Source: a virus (lineage: Duplodnaviria > Heunggongvirae > Uroviricota > Caudoviricetes). From it: a stretch of 38,208 nt of DNA. Location: IMG/VR virus record IMGVR_UViG_3300021387_001477, one strand, 5' to 3'. Positions 28,167-35,758 of the stretch are shown here, piece after piece. The notes below the pieces were generated by a model. That model was not told the origin of the DNA and ran no database searches. It saw only the letters and a program-made list of their open reading frames with translations. Both the position numbers and the translations under genes were made by a program. Position 1 is the stretch's first letter. Each line of letters starts with the position of its first letter.

Positions 28167-28369
28167 GGGTGCGTGGCGGAATTAGACGCTTTGGCCGTTG
28201 CTAAATACCAAGATGAAATTGCTTGGGGCCGAGACTAACAGTAGAGAGTGTTACCACTTGCTAGGTGATAACCAACTACCTCATAAACACAAGAGCTGAG
28301 ACAAGGCGCTCTTATAGACAAAAGTATGTACGCAAAAGTGGATGTGAGTAACCAATCTCACCGCACCCT
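28167..28369 (+). ncRNA. tRNA-framed structured RNA (~200 nt) with large multi-hairpin insert
   Basis: Acceptor GGGTGCG/CGCACCC, D-arm GCG-GAATTAGA-CGC, T-arm GTGAG-TAACCAAT-CTCAC; no standard anticodon arm. Confidence 0.7.
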
Positions 28370-28391
28370 TTTATTAACCAGAAAAAGGAAG

Positions 28392-28805
28392 ATGATTAGT
28401 ATAAAAGATTTAATGATTGGTAATTGGGTTAGAAATGATTTAGGTGAGATACAGCAAGTTGTAGAAATTCGTGATAACGAGAAGATAATGCTTGCCTATA
28501 ATGATTTCTATTCCGTTGATGAACTCGAACCTATTCCCCTTACAGCTGAAATCTTGGAGAAGAACGGATGGGTATACGAATTTGACAAGATGGAGTATAT
28601 GGTTAAATACGATCTTGGTGTGGAGGGAAAGAACTGTTGGATGATGTGGAACATAAAAGAGCACAATCTTGACATACAAAGGCAAGACGAGAAGTTAGAT
28701 ATGTACAACCTTAAAGCCCAAAGGGTCTGTATTCCATGTGATTATGTTCACCAACTCCAGAACGCCCTTCGACTTTGTGGAATAGAACACGAAATTATAC
28801 TTTGA
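28392..28805 (+). CDS. Hypothetical phage protein (DLMIGNWV / PIPLT.EILEKNG / YVHQLQN)
   Basis: ATG 28392 preferred; the 28326 start would overlap the RNA. Confidence 0.8.
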   Translation: MISIKDLMIGNWVRNDLGEIQQVVEIRDNEKIMLAYNDFYSVDELEPIPLTAEILEKNGWVYEFDKMEYMVKYDLGVEGKNCWMMWNIKEHNLDIQRQDEKLDMYNLKAQRVCIPCDYVHQLQNALRLCGIEHEIIL

Positions 28806-28808
28806 ATT

Positions 28809-29255
28809 ATGACAAAAGAAGAAAGACAACTACTCCTTAATGACCTTTGTGGAAGATTGCCTTATGGATTAAATGTTTCTTTTAAGTACAATGGACATTA
28901 TTGTAGAGGTACTGTAATAAGTGTTGGTTATGGAGTTACTCAATCTTGTGATTTAGGAATTTGGCCTTTTGACAAAGAATATAATTATGTAAATCCTAAA
29001 GATATAGTTTACATAAACATTGATGAAGTATGTCGTCTGTTTCTTCGTCCTCCATCTAGTATGACGGAAGAAGAAAGAAGCAACTTAAGGGTGTATTGTG
29101 GAACACAAGAAGGAATAACTTATGATATCGGTGTAGCAGGAGCAATTAATAGCCCTGCGGTAATAGATTTCCTCAATGCCCATTATTTTGACTATCGTGG
29201 ACTTATTGAAAAGGGATTGGCCTTTGAAGCACCCGAAGGAATGTACAAAAAATAA
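28809..29255 (+). CDS. Family-A protein
   Basis: Same three constant blocks. Confidence 0.85.
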   Translation: MTKEERQLLLNDLCGRLPYGLNVSFKYNGHYCRGTVISVGYGVTQSCDLGIWPFDKEYNYVNPKDIVYINIDEVCRLFLRPPSSMTEEERSNLRVYCGTQEGITYDIGVAGAINSPAVIDFLNAHYFDYRGLIEKGLAFEAPEGMYKK

Positions 29256-29262
29256 ATTTAAA

Positions 29263-29916
29263 ATGGATAAGATACGTAAAATAAAGTTTCCGGACCTTCT
29301 ATTAGACAAACAGGACAAGTCTGATAAGTATGGCTATCATTGGGTTGAAACAACATATAATAAAGACCGTCGTACACAGGTTTGTGTTCTCTTGAAGGAA
29401 GAAGGAGGAATAGGATATTATCTTCCATTAGATGCACCGTATGAACTATGTAGAAAAGACAACTATCCAAGAGAAAATTTTGGCAACTATGTTATACAAA
29501 GTTCTGAACCAGAATACAAGGGACTTTTGAAAACAGTTCCTGATAGTGTGTTTATGCCAACTTTGGAGTATTGCAACAACAATATCTCCCCGAAAGAATG
29601 GTTCGATGTATTCATTACAATATGCATCGAATTTCCAGAGAAGATAGATCACATTGCTACGTTCTCTTTTATGGTTAGTTCTGAAAATGAATTATATAAT
29701 GGGTATTATCTTATATGCTATCCATTTATAAATTTCATTAAAGATGAAAATGGCAAAATATTATATAAAAATGGGCATAGTTGGTTAGTAAAAGACACTA
29801 CTAGCATCAAGATTGATGATAATTATGTGAATCATACAGGAAATGTATTTTTCTATAAAAAGGAATACATGGAAGATTTTTTTGGAGGAAGACTACTACC
29901 AATAATTATGATTTAA
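29263..29916 (+). CDS. Hypothetical protein
   Basis: ATG 29263 preferred over 29176. Confidence 0.75.
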   Translation: MDKIRKIKFPDLLLDKQDKSDKYGYHWVETTYNKDRRTQVCVLLKEEGGIGYYLPLDAPYELCRKDNYPRENFGNYVIQSSEPEYKGLLKTVPDSVFMPTLEYCNNNISPKEWFDVFITICIEFPEKIDHIATFSFMVSSENELYNGYYLICYPFINFIKDENGKILYKNGHSWLVKDTTSIKIDDNYVNHTGNVFFYKKEYMEDFFGGRLLPIIMI

Positions 29917-29927
29917 AAACAGTCTAT

Positions 29928-30392
29928 ATGAATAAAAAAGAAAAACAACTACTCCTTAAAGACCTTTGTGGAAGATTGCCTTATGGATTCACAATACACA
30001 GATACGATGATAATTGTGATATTACTTTTGAAGAAAACAAGTTAGATGAGTTTTCTCACTTTCTTGAATACTCTGATGGCAAATGTTTTAAGCCTTATCT
30101 TCGTCCTCTTTCAAGCATGACCGAGGAAGAGAAATTACATGTAGAACTAAGATATAGTTTCTTCTATCATGATGGGGTTTTGGATAATGTTCACATATTC
30201 GAAGCAGGAGGCTATTATGATAGGGATGGAAATTATGACCCACCTTGCAAATATAGAGAACAAAGACATGTTACCATAGAACAAGTCATTGACTTTATTC
30301 ATTGGCTTAACTCTCATCATTTTGACTATCATGGCCTAATTGAGAAAGGACTTGCTCTTGAAGCACCTGAAGAAATGTATAAGGAGAAATAG
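29928..30392 (+). CDS. Family-A protein
   Basis: Same three constant blocks. Confidence 0.85.
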   Translation: MNKKEKQLLLKDLCGRLPYGFTIHRYDDNCDITFEENKLDEFSHFLEYSDGKCFKPYLRPLSSMTEEEKLHVELRYSFFYHDGVLDNVHIFEAGGYYDRDGNYDPPCKYREQRHVTIEQVIDFIHWLNSHHFDYHGLIEKGLALEAPEEMYKEK

Positions 30393-30395
30393 ATT

Positions 30396-30581
30396 ATGAC
30401 ACAAGAGGAAGAAGAACTTTTTAATGAATACGTAAAAGCAGAGGAATTAGAAAAGCAACCTCTTACGGATGAACAAAAGAAATGTAACCATAGATGGTAT
30501 AAGACCTGGACATGGCACAGCGGAGGCTTTCAGGAATGCAGTTTATGTGGAAGAGTAGAAACTTTTTATGAAAGAGATTAA
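30396..30581 (+). CDS. Small zinc-binding protein
   Basis: MTQEEE start, CNHRW...CSLCG. Confidence 0.7.
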   Translation: MTQEEEELFNEYVKAEELEKQPLTDEQKKCNHRWYKTWTWHSGGFQECSLCGRVETFYERD

Positions 30582-30692
30582 AGCATAACACAAGAAGAAG
30601 ATACTAAGAAAAACTTCGCCGCCGAGTATACTCGCTTTATTAAATAAAATGTCTCTTAATCAATTAAAAAATACACTAGAACAATTATCAAG

Positions 30693-30917
30693 ATGATATA
30701 CGGTTACTCTATTATAGAAAAGAAAGTCATTGGTCACGGCGCATTTTATTGGGATGAATATTATGAGACTACAGAATATAGGTCCATCAAAACAAAATTA
30801 TTTAATTCGCCAGAAGAGCGCGATAAATCGAAAGAGGAGGACGAGAAAAAGTATTCTATGGAAATTAGGGATGAGACTTTAATTATCGTTCCATTTGATA
30901 GCGATTTCCTTATATAA
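30693..30917 (+). CDS. Hypothetical protein
   Basis: 74 aa in the array. Confidence 0.65.
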   Translation: MIYGYSIIEKKVIGHGAFYWDEYYETTEYRSIKTKLFNSPEERDKSKEEDEKKYSMEIRDETLIIVPFDSDFLI

Positions 30918-30920
30918 GAT

Positions 30921-31289
30921 ATGACAGAAACAGAAAAGATTTTAGAACAGTTTCCACTGTATGATGGAAAACCTGAACATTATGTAGGAAGTAGGAACTA
31001 TTGGGAGAGTATTTTTGAATCCGAATCCAATAGAGATCCAGAACTTCATAAAGCCTTTGGAGAGCTGCACAAGAATATAGTAAATATGGTAATTCAATTC
31101 TGTAAAGAACACAATCTTACAAATGTGGATGAATTCCATATTAGTGCAGATGGAATAATGGGAAGTATAGAGTTTGGAGAGTGGTGTTCATGTACTGACT
31201 CTTCCATGTCTATTATCGAGACCAAGAAAGATGAAGAGACTGGATGGATGCTCCCCGATAGAGAGAATCCACTCTTATATGAGATATAA
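30921..31289 (+). CDS. Hypothetical protein
   Basis: 122 aa ending at a terminator. Confidence 0.75.
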   Translation: MTETEKILEQFPLYDGKPEHYVGSRNYWESIFESESNRDPELHKAFGELHKNIVNMVIQFCKEHNLTNVDEFHISADGIMGSIEFGEWCSCTDSSMSIIETKKDEETGWMLPDRENPLLYEI

Positions 31290-31290
31290 A

Positions 31291-31342
31291 TAGGTGGACA
31301 AAAGGTCCATCTATTTTTTTTTCTTCGACTGCCTTATATATG
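31291..31342 (+). promoter_or_regulatory. Terminator plus promoter-like motif
   Basis: TAGGTGGAC/GTCCATCTA stem (31291-31313), poly-T, CCTTATATATG (31332-31342), ATG 31345. Confidence 0.65.
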
Positions 31343-31344
31343 TT

Positions 31345-32127
31345 ATGAAAGAAAATGAATATTTAGAAAGAGCAAAAAAGGAGTATGAAACTTGTAGTGA
31401 AGAAGAAAGATTACTACTTGAACGTGTATTTCCCGAATTATTACAAGAACGCGGAGATGATGAAGTTAGAAAAGGTCTTATAAGTCATTTGAATGAACTA
31501 AAGAACTGGAAACCTAGCGAACTCATCCCAATTAAAGTTCCAAAGGTCTATGATGTTTGGATAAATTATCTTGAGGGAAAAGAGGACTATAGTGGCTTTT
31601 CAGAAGAGCAGATGAAATATATGAAGAAGTATATTAATCTGGATAAAGTCACTCTAGTTAAAATGCTTGGAGAAAGAGACCAGGATGCAGAAAACCTAAA
31701 AAATAATACCTCAAAAACTGCAGACCTCGAGAATAGTTTATGTGATCTTCAAGATGGGTTTAGTGATACTTCTCATGAATATGGGATTCTTGGAGAGGCA
31801 ATAGAGTATATCCGTAGAACACAAGAACCCGATGAAGACTCTATATATAAACTATACATAGCCAGAGATAGAGCAGTATTTGAAGATGAGGCAGAAGAAG
31901 AATGGGTAGGTAGACATCCAGAAATAGAACATAAATATGGTCGGCTTCGTCTCTTCTACGAGAAACCTGAATTAGATGGGAAGACTGGAATTTGGAAAGG
32001 AGCAAGAACAGCCTCTGAGGTTAAAAATTATATGTTCCCGGAAATTAGATGTGAAGAATGTATGGAGCTGACCGGGAAGAAATCTATCCAAGAGCACATG
32101 CATTATCCAGGAGCGGTACATAAGTAA
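31345..32127 (+). CDS. Modular protein with family-D FPEL block
   Basis: LERAK...VFPEL..GDDEVRKGLI...WINYLE; the track start 31294 lies inside the terminator. Confidence 0.8.
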   Translation: MKENEYLERAKKEYETCSEEERLLLERVFPELLQERGDDEVRKGLISHLNELKNWKPSELIPIKVPKVYDVWINYLEGKEDYSGFSEEQMKYMKKYINLDKVTLVKMLGERDQDAENLKNNTSKTADLENSLCDLQDGFSDTSHEYGILGEAIEYIRRTQEPDEDSIYKLYIARDRAVFEDEAEEEWVGRHPEIEHKYGRLRLFYEKPELDGKTGIWKGARTASEVKNYMFPEIRCEECMELTGKKSIQEHMHYPGAVHK

Positions 32128-32133
32128 CTAAAC

Positions 32134-32178
32134 AAAGAGGCATTATATGGCCTCTTTTTCTTCATTACCTTATAATAT
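32134..32178 (+). promoter_or_regulatory. Terminator plus imperfect promoter-like motif
   Basis: AAAGAGGC/GCCTCTTT stem (32134-32157), CCTTATAATAT, ATG 32179. Confidence 0.55.
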
Positions 32179-32348
32179 ATGATAACAAAAGAAGAAGCAA
32201 TTAGAATACTTTGTTCAATAAATGTTTCAGAAGGGAAGAATATAAAGAGAAAGAAGCCCTCAAGAAACATAGAAAAGAACTAAAGACGGTAGTTACAATT
32301 GAAGAAGAGGGTGAAATTAGCACTCTCAGACCTAATATATGGGAATGA
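32179..32348 (+). pseudogene. Frameshifted or internally deleted small gene
   Basis: MITKEEAIRIL... stops at 32283; a second frame EEYKEKEALKKHRKELKTVV...NIWE* ends ATGA-coupled to 32345. Confidence 0.45.
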
Positions 32349-32746
32349 AAAAATTATATAACGCTGAAGCAATTTGTAATATAACGCTCAAAGAGGAAAG
32401 TCCGTCTAATTTAGCAATATGGACAAATAAAAGACATAAATACGGTTTCTGGCTTAATCTCAAGGAATATGAAGTTCCCGATTATGCTTGGTGTTTCCGA
32501 CTCCAGGAAATAGGCGAGATGGAACCCGAAGTGATAGGAGATGATGAAGATCTTATCCGCCAGTGCTATGACGTTAAGATATATCGAAAACCAGGGATAG
32601 AGCCCGAACTTTGGTCTAAGGCATCAGTAACTATAAAATTTATCAACGGTGAAACTAGGGTAAAATATTTTGATAGTAACTATGAAGCCAAGGAAGAGTT
32701 TGAAAGAGTATCTGCCTTAATACCTAAACCATTTGAATTTGATTAA
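32345..32746 (+). CDS. Hypothetical protein
   Basis: ATG 32345 (or 32339). Confidence 0.75.
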   Translation: MKKLYNAEAICNITLKEESPSNLAIWTNKRHKYGFWLNLKEYEVPDYAWCFRLQEIGEMEPEVIGDDEDLIRQCYDVKIYRKPGIEPELWSKASVTIKFINGETRVKYFDSNYEAKEEFERVSALIPKPFEFD

Positions 32747-32832
32747 TTATGTATATCAAAGTAGGAAATTACTTGAATTAGGCTTAAATCCTGAAACTGA
32801 AGGTATAATCTGGCTCCTAAAGAACAATAGAT

Positions 32833-33177
32833 ATGGGAAAAACGTATAATATTTCTGGGCATACTATTGAATTTAGATCTGGTTCTGGAAGCATTGATCC
32901 ATGGAGCTCAGAATACTGTAGACAAATAGGACTATCCTTAATGTGTACTTCAAATATAGTAGATTATGTCATGGTCGATGGAGAGAAAATATATCGACAA
33001 TTTAGTTGTAGTAAAGAACTGCAGCTAATTAATGATATCCTAGATAATGCAATCTCTTCATGGGAAGAATTGATGTTTTTCTATAAAGATATATTTGAAG
33101 ACTTCGTTGGTAATCTTTCTGACCTTAAGAAGGAATTAGACGAAACTAAAGAAAGATATGACAAGGATACAGTTTGA
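32833..33177 (+). CDS. Hypothetical protein
   Basis: 114 aa in the array. Confidence 0.7.
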   Translation: MGKTYNISGHTIEFRSGSGSIDPWSSEYCRQIGLSLMCTSNIVDYVMVDGEKIYRQFSCSKELQLINDILDNAISSWEELMFFYKDIFEDFVGNLSDLKKELDETKERYDKDTV

Positions 33178-33358
33178 TATTATAACCCCAGACCCAAATA
33201 TAAATGAATTCGAAAAAGGTAAAAAATATATAATCAGAAAGATCAGGGAACAGGTGGAGAAATGGATGCCGGAGAATGATGGGGAAGAAAATACTCATGG
33301 AGAAAGAACAGCATTCAACTCCGTCCTAAACCTACTAAAAGAATTAGAAAATGAGTAA
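33158..33358 (+). CDS. Hypothetical protein
   Basis: 66 aa, coupled. Confidence 0.65.
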   Translation: MTRIQFDIITPDPNINEFEKGKKYIIRKIREQVEKWMPENDGEENTHGERTAFNSVLNLLKELENE

Positions 33359-33572
33359 GAGGATAATAACGTTTTTATTCTGTTTATGTCTATTGTCGTG
33401 TACACCTAAAGGAGAATATAAATATCTGGTCGAAGAGAAGTATCAAGCCTTAGGCGGAGCGTATAGAATAGTTGTATCGGATATTAATACTAAGTATCTG
33501 CAGTGTATCAATGTAGGGCAATACACATATGAACATACAACTCCGGGGGATACTTTAATAATAAGATATTAA
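33351..33572 (+). CDS. Small putative lipoprotein
   Basis: MSKRIITFLFCLCLLSC: basic N-region, hydrophobic core, LLSC lipobox. Confidence 0.65.
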   Translation: MSKRIITFLFCLCLLSCTPKGEYKYLVEEKYQALGGAYRIVVSDINTKYLQCINVGQYTYEHTTPGDTLIIRY

Positions 33573-33577
33573 AAAAA

Positions 33578-33943
33578 ATGAAAGCGAGAAATAGAAAGAC
33601 AGGCGAGATAGTAGAAGTTATCTCATGGTCAGGGAAAATTGACAGAAATAATGTTCTTGATTATGTATATTATATCGATTCTGAAGGAAATGAACACACA
33701 GATGATGGACAGGGCTTAAATCTATTCTGGGACTTTGAAACAGCGGTAGAGAATAAAGATCTTATCGACTGGGAATCCTTTAGAAGAAATACAGCCAAGG
33801 ATATAGTCACTGCATATATTTCTACGTCTTCTGGTTTCTTTAATGATGTCGGGATAAAGAAAGTAGTGAAATATGCTCTTTCTATAACCGACGAACTTAT
33901 AAAACAACTTAAGGATGAAGGAAGAGAGGATAAAGATAGATGA
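33578..33943 (+). CDS. Hypothetical phage protein (MKAR.KTGEIVEV / IDWE..R..AKD / DELIKQLK)
   Basis: 121 aa. Confidence 0.8.
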   Translation: MKARNRKTGEIVEVISWSGKIDRNNVLDYVYYIDSEGNEHTDDGQGLNLFWDFETAVENKDLIDWESFRRNTAKDIVTAYISTSSGFFNDVGIKKVVKYALSITDELIKQLKDEGREDKDR

Positions 33944-34298
33944 AGCCCTTGCCGATAAATATAATGGCAGGTGTTTCCAAGACCTTGACGATTCTTCCTG
34001 GCTTGGTGGATTTATGTTTGAAAAGACAGAGACAGGAATAGACATGCATCTAATATCATGTAATTTCTATTCTGGTAACATAGATACACTTCATAACGAC
34101 TATGGTGAATATAAATACAAAGATACATACTGTGGTTATGATATTCAAGCCATAGAATCTGGAAGTCCATTTATACGTGAGATTTCCAGGAATAAATATA
34201 ACAGTCTCTTATCTATGGTAAAAGAAAAGATGAAAGAAGAGAAGAGGCTAGAAGATGATTTTAAAAATGCCCGGGAAAAATGGGAAAGAATGAAATAA
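33915..34298 (+). CDS. Hypothetical protein
   Basis: 127 aa, coupled. Confidence 0.7.
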   Translation: MKEERIKIDEALADKYNGRCFQDLDDSSWLGGFMFEKTETGIDMHLISCNFYSGNIDTLHNDYGEYKYKDTYCGYDIQAIESGSPFIREISRNKYNSLLSMVKEKMKEEKRLEDDFKNAREKWERMK

Positions 34299-34555
34299 TA
34301 GAAAGAATAGAAAAATGCATTAACGAGGATAAACTTGAAGAGGCCATTAATTTATATATCGGCCATAAACCAGAAGTAGATGAGGAACTTTCTGTAACAA
34401 TGGAAAGGTCAGCATTTAAAGCGGGAGCATTCTGGGGTATAATCCAAGGCGAAGTTATAGATGGAGTTGTAGGAAAAGGAGGACAGGTATTGGTAATGTC
34501 TGAAGATTTCGAGGAAGGAGATGAGATCACAGTTCAACTACGAAAGAAATTATGA
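34280..34555 (+). CDS. Short family-B-related protein
   Basis: LEEA, AFKAGAFW, GDEITVQLRKK. Confidence 0.75.
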   Translation: MGKNEIIERIEKCINEDKLEEAINLYIGHKPEVDEELSVTMERSAFKAGAFWGIIQGEVIDGVVGKGGQVLVMSEDFEEGDEITVQLRKKL

Positions 34556-34567
34556 TAAGATAAGAAT

Positions 34568-34605
34568 AAAAAAAATATCACCTTAATGGTGGTATTATTT
34601 TTTTT
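34568..34605. terminator. Bidirectional terminator
   Basis: A-run, ATATCACC/GGTGGTAT stem, T-run at the convergence point. Confidence 0.8.
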
Positions 34606-34611
34606 AAAGAA

Positions 34612-34740
34612 AGAGAAGAGATTGAGTTCCTTTTACCGCATTTCCTTCCCAAATGAAACCGACTTATAAACCAAAGTTGCCCATAACTTACGACTAAAAC
34701 CTAAATTCGGAAAGGCGAACTCTATTATCTCTTCTCTCAT
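34612..34740 (-). ncRNA. Putative ~130-nt structured small transcript (also contains a 35-codon ORF, 34740-34633)
   Basis: 11-bp end pairing plus inner stems; CCTTAACTATG motif at 34738-34748; terminator downstream. Confidence 0.5.
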
Positions 34741-34777
34741 AGTTAAGGTTTTCAGGGGTTTATTTTTCCCCGAATAA

Positions 34778-35755
34778 TTAATCCTCCTCTTCTTTCTTTA
34801 GTATTTCAAATCCAGGGTGCCTCTTGCCTGTTGTTTTATTTGATATAAGACATTCCTTTAGTTTAAAATAACTCTCAAGATCTGTTGCTTTTGGAGATTT
34901 ATTATATCCGAGATCTGAATATATCTCCTTTAATTTTTCTTTTATAAAAGATTTAGAAAATCTAGAACCAATGGGAAATTCAGACATAATCTTCTCTTTA
35001 ACATCGGCGATAAGTTTCTCCTCTACCTCCACTGGATTAATTAAAGCTGGGGTTTCCTCTGGTTTATTATACTCAGCTTCGAGATTACCCTTTTGATATT
35101 TTAATGCGGAGGCCCTTGATTTTGGTATAGTCCAGTAATATTTAGCATAATCAGGATCTAAAAGATGGGTAAATAATTCCTCGGCAAATTCTTTAGGCAT
35201 ATCAAGAGAATATAAATACTTTAGACGATTGTGGAAAAATGGGATTGATAAAAATTCCTTTAATGTTTTATCAACCTCCGTAAGGTCTTCCTCTTTTATA
35301 GAGTCTAATTTTTCTTTTTGTTCTAGCTCCTTTTCTCTCATACCAATAATACTAAATCGTCTATCTATATCCTTTTCTTCATCAATTCCAAAGATGTCTA
35401 GAAGGTCTTTATATATCACAAGACAATTTCCAGCCTTAGCCATAGCTGCGGACTTAAATATGCTATCTCTGTTTTTCCAGACCTCCTTCTTTATTTCATC
35501 CATAGGCTTATTGAATACGTCTATAACTTCCGGACAATCTTTATACCATTCATTCCATAATTCACAAAAGCCGAGATGATGAAGATAGTAGTGAAGCAAA
35601 GTCTCATCTACAAGCTCTCCTTCCCTCTTAGAAACTTCCTTTATATAGGGATTGTGTGCCCTATATTGAAATAAACGAAATTTATAATCCTTTGCATAAC
35701 CAACTTTTAGTATAGAAACTCCATTTTCTCCGAATGATCTAAGTAAATATAACAT
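34778..35755 (-). CDS. GIY-YIG-like (T5orf172/MUG113-type) nuclease + C-terminal domain shared with the helicase
   Basis: MLYLL...LKVGY...RL.QY..HNP...E..LH...NEWY; C-terminal ~150 aa paralogous to 35759-37783. Confidence 0.75.
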   Translation of the reverse strand: MLYLLRSFGENGVSILKVGYAKDYKFRLFQYRAHNPYIKEVSKREGELVDETLLHYYLHHLGFCELWNEWYKDCPEVIDVFNKPMDEIKKEVWKNRDSIFKSAAMAKAGNCLVIYKDLLDIFGIDEEKDIDRRFSIIGMREKELEQKEKLDSIKEEDLTEVDKTLKEFLSIPFFHNRLKYLYSLDMPKEFAEELFTHLLDPDYAKYYWTIPKSRASALKYQKGNLEAEYNKPEETPALINPVEVEEKLIADVKEKIMSEFPIGSRFSKSFIKEKLKEIYSDLGYNKSPKATDLESYFKLKECLISNKTTGKRHPGFEILKKEEED

Positions 35756-35758
35756 AAA

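Noticed and set aside
28167-28369. tmRNA, normal tRNA or group I intron-containing tRNA
   Set aside because: No G3-U70 pair, no GGATTCGAC or TTC loop, no Ala-rich tag frame, D-stem present; no identifiable anticodon loop; insert short and lacks recognisable group I core motifs.
32331-32341. CCTAATATATG as another promoter motif
   Set aside because: Lies within the apparent coding remnant (RPNIWE) with no upstream terminator; probably chance.
21227-34555. Diversity-generating retroelement or CRISPR array as the source of the repeats
   Set aside because: No reverse transcriptase in the window, differences are not adenine-specific, and repeats are in-frame coding blocks with irregular spacing.
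34612-34740. Retron msr-msd
   Set aside because: End pairing resembles a1/a2, but there is no adjacent RT and no long msd stem.
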